Source: Octopus bimaculoides (taxonomy: Eukaryota). Taken from it: 48,949 bases of DNA. The DNA lies in the NCBI RefSeq assembly GCF_001194135.2, contig NC_068985.1:65731088-65780036 (forward strand), read 5' to 3'. The position numbers were made by a program, and so were the translations under genes. The notes beneath the pieces were generated by a model. That model did no database searches. It worked only from the letters and a program-made list of their open reading frames with translations, and was not told where the DNA came from. Shown piece after piece: positions 24,075 to 34,923 of the stretch (the stretch's first letter is position 1; the number at the start of each line of letters is the position of its first letter).

Positions 24075-24627
24075 GTTTGCGTGAACTGGCAGCAGAATGG
24101 GTTTATTCCCAGATCTGTTCGCCGGAGAGTTGTAACGCTGGTCAGGAAGGACCTGGACAAGGGGGATAATATAGATAATTTCAGGCCCGTCACTCTGCTG
24201 AACTCAGAGATGAAGATTTTGGCCAAAGTGTTGGCAAAAAGATTGACGTGTGTCGCGGATGGCCTGATCGGAGGGGCACAAACCTGTGCAGTCCCCGGTA
24301 GAACCATCCAGGATAATCTTCATCTTATACGCTACACTGTAGAAGGGTATGGAAAAAAAATCTGGTAAAGGCGGGGCACTGGTCCATTTAGACCAAGCTA
24401 AAGCATTCGATAGGGTGGACCATCGGTACCTGGTTTCTGTTCTCGCGCGGTTCAGACTGGGTCTTGGTTTCCTCAAGTGGATCATACAGTTGTACGATAA
24501 CATCGACTCGATCGTTCAAGTGAATGGCTTTTTCTCGAAGTCGTTCTGCATCAAACGGTCGGTTCACCAAGGGTGTCCGCTCTCTCCGCTTTTGTACATG
24601 ATGGCCCTGGAGCCATTACTTAGAAAG
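24075..24627 (+). mobile_element. L1/Tx1-like RT fragment
   Basis: NFRPVTLLNSEMKILAKVLAKRL, QTCAVPGRTIQDN, LDQAKAFDRVDH, VHQGCPLSPLLY..ALEPLL; one frameshift. Confidence 0.85.
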
Positions 24628-24629
24628 TG

Positions 24630-26285
24630 CGTGCCAGTTGTAATTTTGTGTTGGTGATTTTTTGAAATTTTTTTTGTGCTGCTTTGCAGCGGTTTGGGTG
24701 TTTATGTGTGTTTTGTTTGTGCTTTCTCTCCTCGTAAGAGAAGAGACAGCTGGTTGAAGAATGTCTGAAGACAGTTATAGTTACTCAGACATATCATCAT
24801 CCGAGAAGGAGTTGTTGGAGGCAGTTAAGACAATGGACCAGAAACTGATAAAAGAGAAGAGGAATTTTGCTGATGCAGCAAGGTGTAAGGAAACAGAAGT
24901 GGATATCGAGGAATTAGGAAGACACAAAGAAGAAATGAACTGAGATGGGTTCGAAGTGAAGCTGTCGCCCCCGCAAGAGGTTAAAAACGGAATGAGGGAA
25001 AAGACGATAATCAATCGAACCTTTTTGATAAATAAAGGAAGAATAGACGTCGTCACGACAGAACAAATAGAAAAGGCGTTAAAGCAGATTTGGGAAGACA
25101 TAAGAGGTTCAACATTTGGAACAGTAGAAGTGAAGTTTCGTAATGCAGCAGCAGCAAGGACACATGCAGCATCGACAATTCGGAGCGAAGAAGTGGTGCT
25201 GTTGCCCATGTATAGAGGCATGAGAGCATAAAGGGTCACCGTTGAAAGAATCCCACTGGAGATTGATGTGACCTGGGTGGCAGATGCGGCCCTCTTTGGC
25301 AATGAGGACAACATAGTGGTGCTCCAGGCCAAGAAAAAGAGTGCGTCAACTTGAGAGGTCAATCAGTGGAGTCCAGGGTTCAAAAGAAACGTTGGAAAAG
25401 ATTACGGAAACAATAATTATGGAAGAAACAATTATGACTGTCAGGGTGGAAGGAAGAGTTCCACGCTGCTTTAAATGTGGCCAGAAGGGACACATAAGAG
25501 CAGAAAGTACATCAAAGCCAAGAAAACCAGAGGAAAAGGGACCAGAAAATACGGAAGAGAAGATAGAAGAGAGCCACAGAAAGGAAGTAACCGAAAAAGA
25601 AAAGAAAGTAGGGGAAATAAATGGGAAAATAAATGGGAAAATGTGACAGGAAAAAAACGAAAAAAGGCAAGTGAACTAAACTGCAAACCCCATTCTACAC
25701 CCATCCCACCCACACCCTCTCAGACCCACCCACTCCCTGCAGACACTAGGCCTATCCATTCCCATCTGACACAAAAACAAGAGGCAAATAAATACAAAGA
25801 AACCCAAAACTCCTCCCCCGAGTCAAAAAAGAGAAGGAAAAAGTGTAGGATTTATATGTTGCTTAGCGACGAACTGTTAAGGGATTTGGCGGAATGGGAC
25901 ATAAAGTGTATTGGAACTGCGGGGTATGATAACGTGGAGGAACATCACTTGTGTGTAATACCAGATAAGAAGCAAGAGGAAAAAATACAAGAGTATATGG
26001 CTGGATTTTATTTTTGGGAGGTGGACTGCAGCTGGAGCTCATTCCCAGACTTTACGACGCACGATGGGTGGTTGGAGGAAACAGGTATCGATGTGTTAGA
26101 GGGGTCAGGATTTAAAAGGTAGAAAATGGGGCCGCTCGTGGGTGGGGCGAGTGGTTCCATTTCCATTTTAACATTTTCATTTCTTCATACATTATAACAT
26201 TCATTTCTATTTTTTATATATGTTTTATGTCCCACATGTTTTGTTTTGTCACCTCTATGTTAGCCCGCATGGGTAATAAAAAAAC
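24630..26285 (+). mobile_element. L1/Tx1-like 5'UTR + ORF1 (CCHC knuckle) + 3'UTR/poly(A), no ORF2
   Basis: T/G-rich leader, ATG at 24761, PRCFKCGQKGHIRAE knuckle, E/K-rich tail, T-rich 3' region ending AATAAAAAA; frameshifted. Confidence 0.65.
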
Positions 26286-26450
26286 AAATCCCAAAATTTA
26301 ATCAGTTCGTGCCAGTCACGAGACCAAACCTCTCTGAAAGTTTCATCCAAATCCTTCCAGCGGTTCTTGAGATATCTTGTCCACGGACAAACAAACAAAC
26401 GCGACTGAATACAATACCTTTGCTTTCGCTAAGGTGGAAGTAAAAACTAA
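26286..26450 (+). mobile_element. Possible Helentron-associated (HINE/DINE-1-like) 3' end
   Basis: AAAGTTTCATCCAAATCC..CAGCGGTTCTTGAGATATC, an (ACAA)n microsatellite, then terminal hairpin ACCTT..GC-TTTC-GC..AAGGT (26416-26435). Confidence 0.45.
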
Positions 26451-26540
26451 AAACTTACATAAACCAAAACTATAGAAATGACAACAAAAATATATACCAG
26501 ACAGCTAACATACAGTAATTATTCTTTCTAATTTCAGAAA

Positions 26541-26890
26541 AAGGCTAGCGATTACATTGACCTCAGTATTCAACTGGTACTTAATTTTATCGACCCGAAA
26601 AGATGAAAGGCAAAGTCAATCGGCGAAATTTGAACTTAGCCAAAAGAAATGCCATTAAGATTTTTGTCCGGTGGGGGTAGATAATGATTCTGTCACCTCG
26701 ATAGAAACAGTAATAATATTCCTTTCTACTGAAGGCACAAAACCAGTGTTTACTGGTACTTAATTTATCGATCCCGAAAAGATGAAAGGCAAAGTCGACC
26801 TCGGTGGAATTTGAACTCAGAACGTGGAAACAGACGAAATACTGCTATGCATTTCACGCAGAGTGCTAACGATTCTGTCAGCTCGCCGCC
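26541..26890 (-). mobile_element. Two tandem copies of the short SINE
   Basis: ~26541-26700 and ~26720-26890; the second ends GATTCTGTCAGCTCGCCGCC. Confidence 0.8.
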
Positions 26891-27219
26891 TTATAAACAG
26901 TAATAATATTAACTATACACGATTACTGACGTTCTGTTACTCAAATTACCGGTGCACCAGCAGTGCTTTTTGTCATACCAGAGATTACTTTGAGGTATCC
27001 TCAAAGATTTTGGCCGTCACTGTATTGATAAATTTATCAAATACATTAAATAGATTAACTAGATACATGGAACAGTTTTAAAGGTCTTTCACGTTTATTT
27101 TACCTTGCCGTCGTTTCTAGTTTAGCAACCTTCAAGAATACTCGTAATTGCAATTTGATGACAAATACTGCGAGCGATAAAAATAGAAGGTAAACCGAAA
27201 TAGTAAGTTTCCACTTTAC

Positions 27220-27270
27220 CTGTGATAATTTCTTTGCCAAACATTCCAGTCTGCGAAGATACACTTGTGT
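27220..27270 (-). CDS. Host gene 51-nt juxtamembrane stalk exon
   Basis: TTTTTTCAG|AC ACA AGT...ACA G|GTAAAG; phase 1-1; (H)TSVSSQTGMFGKEIIT(G), in frame with the TM exon. Confidence 0.8.
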
Positions 27271-28300
27271 CTGAAAAAAGTGGGGAAAAAAATCAACATT
27301 ATGAAACAATGTGTTAAGTAAGATCGATACAGAGAAGATAATTAGCTTGGAAGAAAAACGGCTACTTTCCCAATCTCATGAACTACAAAGAGTAGCTAGT
27401 TACAAGAATTTTCCTTCTTACATATACATTTTGAGGACCAAAATTCGACTATTTTCCACTCTAATAATTCAGCCAACCTCAAATAATTCGAGCAAGGGTA
27501 TAGACATCAGTTTGCTAGAAGTATTAGACAAATCTCCCTCAAATCCCATAATACTGCCTTGAGTTGTGGTTATACCTTACTAAAAACAAGATAAGCGTGG
27601 CTTAAACACCTTAATTATAGGTCTGCTCAATCAAGGCTGACCTGTGCCTAAATGATAACAATAACTTTGCACGCATCAACAACACAGTAGGACAAAACTA
27701 AAAATATCATCTTAAAATATTAATTCCCCTACCAGATCAAAGTAACTAATGTGAAACTCATAATTATGTCCACATAGAAACAGCACAGATTGTCACAAAT
27801 AATCCAAAGCACAGTGGACTCAAGTAAATTCTAAAAAATCAAAGCTGAATATATAGAAGATGTAATATTTTTTAAATGCTCTATTGTCATACTGAAAAAA
27901 TGCGCAAAATTGTTTCAGGGCAAATTGAAGTATGGAGTATATATATGATGTAAAATCTATGGTTTGTGTGCAAGAGTTCTCTTGGTTCCCACTGTTCCTC
28001 ATTATCTCTCTCTGCCTCACAAATTCTCGTTCTCTTTCTCTCAACCTATATTTATATTAATATTTTCTATGCAACTACCTATTCGGCAATCTCAGTATTT
28101 CTATCCTTTTCCGATGCCACTGTTCTATAAATCAACAGAGTTGCTTCAATCAAATAAACCATACTCTTTCTTAGAGGGGAAGTTGAATTTTGAACGAAAC
28201 TAAATAATAATTAGTACATTATACTTGATGGTAAATTGAATATTTTGATACTCATTCCTTTCTAAACAATATCAGTGTCATAATTAAAATTAAAAAATAT

Positions 28301-28470
28301 TGGTTTGTTTACGTCTTCATAACTTAGCAGCTCAGTAAAAGGTACCGATAGAATAAGTACCAGACCTAACAAATAAGTACTGGGGTTGATTCATTTGACT
28401 AAAATTCTTCAAGGTGGTCTCCCTAAATAGCAGCAATGAATGAATGACAGAAGCAAGAAAAGGATAAAAT
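28301..28470 (+). mobile_element. Long SINE, 3' part
   Basis: GTTTACGTC..AACTTAGC...AATAAGTAC...TGGGGTTGAT homologous to 16340-16470. Confidence 0.65.
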
Positions 28471-28558
28471 GAGCCATTGGGTTTCATCCGAAACAATGGA
28501 TTTTACTAACTTGTGTTTACAGTTAATGTAGATTTCAAAGAAGGGAATATTATTATCG

Positions 28559-28775
28559 GGGCGGTGAGCTGGTAGAATCGATAGCATGCCGGATAAAATG
28601 TTTAGTGGCATTTCTTCCGGCTTTACGTTTTGTATTCAAATTCCGATGAGGTCAACTTTGCTTTTCATCCTTTGTGTGTCTCTAAAATAAATATCAGTGA
28701 AGTAATGGAGTTGATGTAATCGACCAACTCTCTTCCCCTAAAATTGTTGGCTTTGTGCCAAAATTTGAAACATTA
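28559..28775 (+). mobile_element. Short SINE, the only plus-strand copy
   Basis: GGCGGTGAGCTGGTAGAATCG..TTCAAATTCCG tRNA-like head; reverse complement of the other copies. Confidence 0.8.
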
Positions 28776-28783
28776 CAATGTGA

Positions 28784-29050
28784 AGGTTGTGTTAGAACAC
28801 ACAATACTGCGTTATTTACCTTGAGAGAATCTCTCATAAGGACTCGTGAACCAAAAGATGTTCAATAGTGCGATAACAGCTGTTGGGACCCATGACAGGT
28901 TGAAATCACATGACCTGGTAGTTTTGGCGGCCGTGGCAGACGATTCTCATATGTCAACTACATAATTTCGTTTACTTTTGTGCACCATAAGTCCTTATGA
29001 GAGATTCTCTCAAGGTAAATAACGCAGAATTCTGTGTTCTAACACAACCT
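28784..29050. mobile_element. MITE-like element with ~61-bp terminal inverted repeats
   Basis: 28784-28844 versus 28990-29050, about 2 mismatches by eye; non-coding interior. Confidence 0.8.
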
Positions 29051-29603
29051 CCAATTACTTTTTAACATTAATACTCCTTCTGTTACTATTAATTAATTTT
29101 GTTATATTTGCATTTGAATGGATTTTTCAACTTACTTTTAAACTTCCTCCTTATATATGCGATCTTGTATCGATGTATGAAATTTTATTAATATCCCATA
29201 TGTTCCTCTCTTTTCCGAAAAACAAATTCTATCAAATCCCTTTCTAACGAATTCAACACTCGTTCTTTCTTAAAGAATATACAGTGGAGAACGTACAAAC
29301 ACAATTTAAATTTACTTTCACCTACTTCTGACTCTTATAACTCCTTGACATACAGTGGATATTTGTTGTGACCAAATTAACTATCCGTTTTGTAGTGAAA
29401 ACCCGTGCAAGAAAAATTATATTATGTTGAATGAGTTGTTGTTACATGATCGATCACATTATTGACTACTAAATCAAAGTACCAGTTAGCCTCACACAGT
29501 GATAGGAATTGAACTAAACATTCTGCTTATGGCCAGACATCGTATCAATTTCAGTATTGTGGATGCATAGACCGATATTACCAACTTTTATGCATATACT
29601 CAC

Positions 29604-29843
29604 GTCTTACGCTATTTTTCTCAGTGCTATCCATATCCCCAGTTTCATGATGTTTATTGGTTATAACTGCAACATGACTAGTTTCAGTGGTGCTAAATGT
29701 TACTTCCATCTTCCCGTCAGCGGCTGTTTTATGGGTCTTCAACTCTCTTTGGACTGGGGTTAGAGCAGGTACCATTCTTACAGTAGAATCGGTCACTTCA
29801 GTACTTTTAGAAAATATTTCAGACCTACGTGTTGGTGGTAAAT
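29604..29843 (-). CDS. Host gene Thr/Ser-rich stalk exon
   Basis: ATTCTAG|AT TTA CCA...AGA C|GTGAGT; 240 nt, phase 1-1; (D)LPPTRRSEIFSKSTEVTDST...STEKNSVR(H). Confidence 0.85.
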
Positions 29844-29979
29844 CTAGAATCATATCAGAAATGTAAAAACTACAAATTAAGAAGTAATATATAAGATAAA
29901 TAATATGAATAGTAGCTCCTAGTTACACACACACGCGCGCGCGCGTGCACAAGGCAGCTGCAGAAGTACTTAACCAAAA

Positions 29980-30096
29980 ATAAACCTCTGCACCTGGCTT
30001 TTGTTGACATAGAGAAAGCCTTTGACAGGGTCCCCCCACTCCCTTATCTGGTGGTCAATGCAGAAGCTAGGGATAGGTGAGTGGCTGGTGAGAGCA
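29980..30096 (+). mobile_element. LINE RT fragment (RTE-like)
   Basis: KPLHLAFVDIEKAFDRVPHSLIWWSMQKLGI. Confidence 0.75.
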
Positions 30097-30107
30097 TGTT
30101 TTGGTGT

Positions 30108-30360
30108 CGTTTAAGAGTGTGTACCCTACGGTGCTATCCGGTATTTTTCCTCGACAGAACTTTCCTCGGGGATAGACCAATGTGCATCAACTGTATATTG
30201 AGTGCCTCCTTGCGGATCGCATGTTGAATAGTTGTAGTTCTGTCGTCGATGTAGGTCAGTTTAATGAAGCACTTTTCTGACTTAGTGTTATGAACTTTCC
30301 TATATTGTTTACCCATTTTCGTGTTTTGTTGATGCAATCGTTTAACTAAACTCAATATTG
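30108..30360 (-). mobile_element. Penelope-like post-RT fragment
   Basis: FIKLTYIDDRTTTIQHAIRKEALNI resembles the PLE LPYI linker region. Confidence 0.5.
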
Positions 30361-30384
30361 CATCTAAAGATACTCACCCCACTC

Positions 30385-30630
30385 TTTCTATCACTTAGTG
30401 AAAACCCACAAAGCTGGACCCAGACTTAAAATTAAGCCTGTAGTCTCGGGAATTGACGGCCGCTTTATGAAATTTCTTGACTTCTCTCTAAACTCTTCAA
30501 ACCTCTCCTACATACATTTCCCGGACATGTCGACAGCTCCAAGGAGATTTTTAAAGGACTCAAGGACATTGAATCCACCGTACACAAGAAGCCTAGACGT
30601 CGTCTCTTTGTACACTTCTGTGTCCACTCT
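30385..30630 (+). mobile_element. Penelope-like RT N-terminal fragment
   Basis: LVKTHK...KPVVSG...SLDVVSLYTSV. Confidence 0.7.
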
Positions 30631-31878
30631 TCCGGCTGTCGATATCAATACTGACCGCATCCCAAAATTGTATCTTCTCCATTACCCAATTCTTCTCCTT
30701 TTCGTTCTTTTTTAAACATATTTAAATTGTTTATTTAATATTTGTTTCTTTTTGTCATTGAGGCGGTTGTGAGGTGTGCCAAAAATAACAGCTAAATAAG
30801 ATTTTTTGGATAAATCTTTTAAATTAAAGTTTATTTGCCAACATCTCGCTCAGAGATTTAAAACTAACTGTTTTTCTCTTTTAAATTAGCATAAACACTT
30901 ATTTACATGAAAGAAAATTACCGGAGAACTTTTGTGCTAAAAATAACAGCTAAATAAGATTTATTTACATGAATGAAAATTACCGGAGACATAACACGTG
31001 TTATTTACTAATATTGACAACACGTGCTATTTTCAGGATGTTGGCGACAAAATGTGCAGTCATGCACAAAATGACAGCTTCCAATTCCTGTTTCCTGACT
31101 GGGTGAAAACGATCAAACTTTAAACCATTATAACGTTTTAAAAACATTTTTCTGGAAAAAATGAAATAACTCCAGCAATTCACTTTGGGCAAGTGTATTA
31201 TTGTGCCAAATTTTAAGATTTTTGGTAAACTTTAATTTTTGGAGTCACTGGCAACTAAACCAAAAAGATCCACCTTAGGTTCTGACTGAGCTCGAAAAGT
31301 CTTTAAATCAGGATCAACCTCCTCAAGAACCTATAGCAAATCAAACCAGGGATATTCCTGAAACTGACACTCAGAATCAGCTACCAAACCTGTCTTAAAG
31401 AAATTGAAATACAAGACAGAAATGGACTAAGGAGGACTAAATCGAATTTATGCATGCTTATTATTATTCAACACTAAACCGAGAAACATAAACCACACAA
31501 AAAGATATCTACAATATCTGGAGGTGCAAAAACCTGCATGGCAGGCTGTATATGGACAGTAATAAACTAGCTGTAAGACGTGATATCTTAAAAAATAAAA
31601 GACTGAAAGCGAAATTTACAAAATAGTCAGATCAGTCAAGCGTCAGCTTAGTATAACACACTCACTTATACCCACAGGCAAAAAGCTCTGAAATCACTAA
31701 CTCAAACCAGCAAACTGGGTACACAATGAAGGTGTTGAAACTAAAAACACTATAAATGATCACGTCAGCAATGAACTGTTGGATGGAATACTAGAACAAT
31801 ATCTAATACAATTACATCAACCTTTCCACAAAACAGCACCACTTCCCAAAATTATAAATACTAAGAACAAAAAAGTAA

Positions 31879-32848
31879 CACTGGACAATAAAGATTTTCC
31901 TACTGGGGTAAAAGCATGTGTTTTAGATTAAATCGAGGATGCTGAATCCGCATTCAGAATTGTTCTAGCATGTCAGGATTTTGAGTTATGCACATGCGCA
32001 AGATTATAACTATACTTTCGATTAGATATAGGCCGTATTATAAAATTTACTAAAATGAAAGTTGTCTTAATTCAAAAAGTAAAATTTGGTGCAGAGAAAA
32101 GTGACGCAAAACTTAAAGCAGGCATTTTCATTGAACCCGAGATCAAAGAATTGATATCTGATAGCAAATTCGGAAGTAAACTAAGTCCAGTTAACCTGAC
32201 GGCATGGGATTCATTTGTATTAGTTGTACAGAACTTACTTGGAAAACATAGAGCTGAAAACTATGTTGGTTTAATAAACAACATGCTAACAGCGTATGAA
32301 AGAATGGGATGCCGAATGTCCCTTAAAATGCACTTCTTGCATTCTCATCTCGATTCTTTTCCAACAAATCTTGGTGCCGTTAGTGATGAGCATGGTGAGA
32401 GGTTCCATCAGGACATATCTGAGATGGAAATGCGGTATCATTGACGGTTCAATCCACGCTTGATGAGTGACTACCGCTGGTTCCTACAACGGGAGACCAG
32501 CACGACGCATAAGCGCAAGAGCAAGTGTCTCAAACATTTCTGAGATGAGCATATAAAAAATATAGTGAGTATTCCCTCAATATAAATATACTATGTACCA
32601 TTATATTATAATACTATTTGCGTTGAACATAAATTTACTATATACAGTACTAATACACTATTATAATAATTATTTAGCTTGAATTTAATTATTCCTGATT
32701 CTAATATAGTATTAATATATAATTATGCGCATAACTCAAAATCCCGACGTGCTATAGCAATTCTGAGTTCAGATTCGAAATCAGCGTACTCGATTTAGTT
32801 TAGTACAGCACCATTTGCAGACAATAAATCTTTTTTTGTTGCCCAGTG
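31879..32848 (+). mobile_element. Chapaev3-like (CMC) DNA transposon, internal-deletion derivative
   Basis: CACTGGACAA... / ...TTGCCCAGTG ends with extended subterminal inverted similarity (31930-31996 versus ~32710-32800); ORF 32055-32444 has SLKMHFLHSHLDSFPTNLGAVSDEHGERFHQDI. Family name from memory. Confidence 0.65.
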
Positions 32849-32851
32849 ATT

Positions 32852-34922
32852 ATAATGAAAGAAGTTGATCAAGCACTTGGAAAACTGATACAACTCCTTG
32901 AGAATAATAGAGAAAATGCCCTTGGAGTGATTAATCAACTCATTTACTTAGCTGCTTATGTTGTAACTCAGTGATCGGTATTAAAATTAGAGATAGATAA
33001 AAAAAAAAGTGCAATGTACACAAACAACCTGCATGGATGGAAAGAATAAACCGGAAAATAATTCAACTAAGAGCAGATATATCCTTTCTACTTGAAGCAA
33101 TCAAAGAGAAAACTAATAAACCCAACAAAATAATAAGAATAATAAGAATAAACATGACCTTTACATGAAAACAAATTGAAATCCTCAAACAAAAACTACG
33201 ATTAAAAACCAAATGACTGGCAAGATACAAAAAACGCTCAGCATTCCATAGACGAAGTATACTATTCAAGGAGAACACAAAAAATTCTACAGGGAACTGG
33301 GAAAAATATCATTATTGTGATGACATCTCCTTCCCAGCAGCAAACTGAAGATTTTTGGAAAAACATCTGGAGTAATCCAAAGGAGTTTAATCAGAATGCA
33401 CATTAGGTAAAGGACACAGAAGAGGCCAATGCCCACCTCAAATATGAAGAAGTGAAAGCAGCGCTCGTCAAGTCAAAGAAATGGAAATCCCCTGGTATAG
33501 ATAAGATTCCAAATTTTTGGCTAAACTTTTTAATGAGCACCAACCACAACTCAGCCGTAGGACTCAATGAAGTCATGTTCAACCCTACGAAAGCCCCAAA
33601 GTGGCTTACAGAAGGAATTACATATCTCTTACAAAAACAGAAGAAAATGATAACCCTCCCTCCCCCACCAAATACCGACCCATAACATGCCTTACCACCA
33701 CATATAAACTATTAACATCTATAATTGCGAATAGAGCATATGAATTTTGGGACAATAGGAAATTATTCTCAGTGGAAGAAAAGGGATGTAAAAGGAGTTC
33801 ATATGGATGTAAAGACCAATTACTGATTGATAAAATGGTCATTGAAAATTGCAAATCTAAACACAGAAACCTTAGCACCGCTTAAATATATTACAAGAAG
33901 GCTTTTGACAGTGTCCCCCAAGCATGGATCATCAAAGCCATGGAAATTTACAAGATAGCTCCAACATTTGTGAACTTTCTAAAAGTAATCATGAATTCGT
34001 GGAGAATCACCCTCATTTTAAACCATACACAAGGATACACCACCTCACCAGACATTAATATCGCTTGTGGTATCTTTCAAGCCAGCAATAATAGGTCTTG
34101 AAAGTACCTTAATACAAGAAGTGAAGTGCTCTTGCAAACTGCCCTGACGCATGAAGATTCCAAGCCAGCTTCAGTCATGAAGCTTAATCAGAAATTTAAA
34201 AAGTCACTTGGTCTACAAGTTAACAATAAGAATGACCAAAAACGTCCAAATACTGACAGACATGCCATTGCTTCTTCTGATTTAGAAATTAACAATCAGA
34301 AAGACCAAAGAGATTCAAATAGTGACAAACCTATCATTGATGCAAAAAACATCAAACAAAAAGCAAAAAAGGCTTGCATGAATAATATCGAAGACAACTA
34401 GAAAGGTACACTCCTGCATGGAAAATACCCTATCTGCTTATCCAAACCAGATACTGATAAAAATCTAACACACCAATCGCTACAACAGAGGAACTTGTCT
34501 GTTAATAGATATGTCTGTCCTGCAAGATCAAAATGTCTCAAGAAAGGAATGCGAAAAGCTTTCTCATTATAAAGATTTGCAAATTGAAATCATAAAAATG
34601 TGGAAGCTTAGTACCAGTAGTAATTGGTGCGTTGGAAATGATAAAGAATGGAGTTGAGAAGTATATTAAGCATCTCCCTGGTAACTCAAATCTCCGCAAA
34701 TTACAAAAGATAACCTTGATGGGTACAACCCATATACTACGGAAAGCACACTCCATCTAAAACAGAATAAATGTGGTGATAATTTTAGCATGCATTGCAA
34801 AACGAAAGTGCTCTTGCTATTCTTGGACTCTAGAGAATGCCCGGTATTAAGGCAGCTGAAATAAAGTTATAATGAAAAGAAACCATAAATGATGATGATG
34901 ATGATGATAATAATAATAATAA
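32852..34922 (+). mobile_element. R4/Dong-like element: RT N-half and RLE end, internally deleted
   Basis: KSPGIDKIPNFWL, KYRPITCLTTTYKLLT, GCKDQLLIDK, KKAFDSVP, then KYP..., KDLQIEI, VIGALE; (GAT)n(AAT)n tail. Confidence 0.85.
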
Positions 34923-34923
34923 T

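Noticed and set aside
25475-26122. 215-aa ORF as an independent gene
   Set aside because: Frameshifted continuation of the retroelement ORF1 region, with no splice signals.
31260-31870. Possible decayed LINE endonuclease
   Set aside because: Motifs too eroded to support a call.
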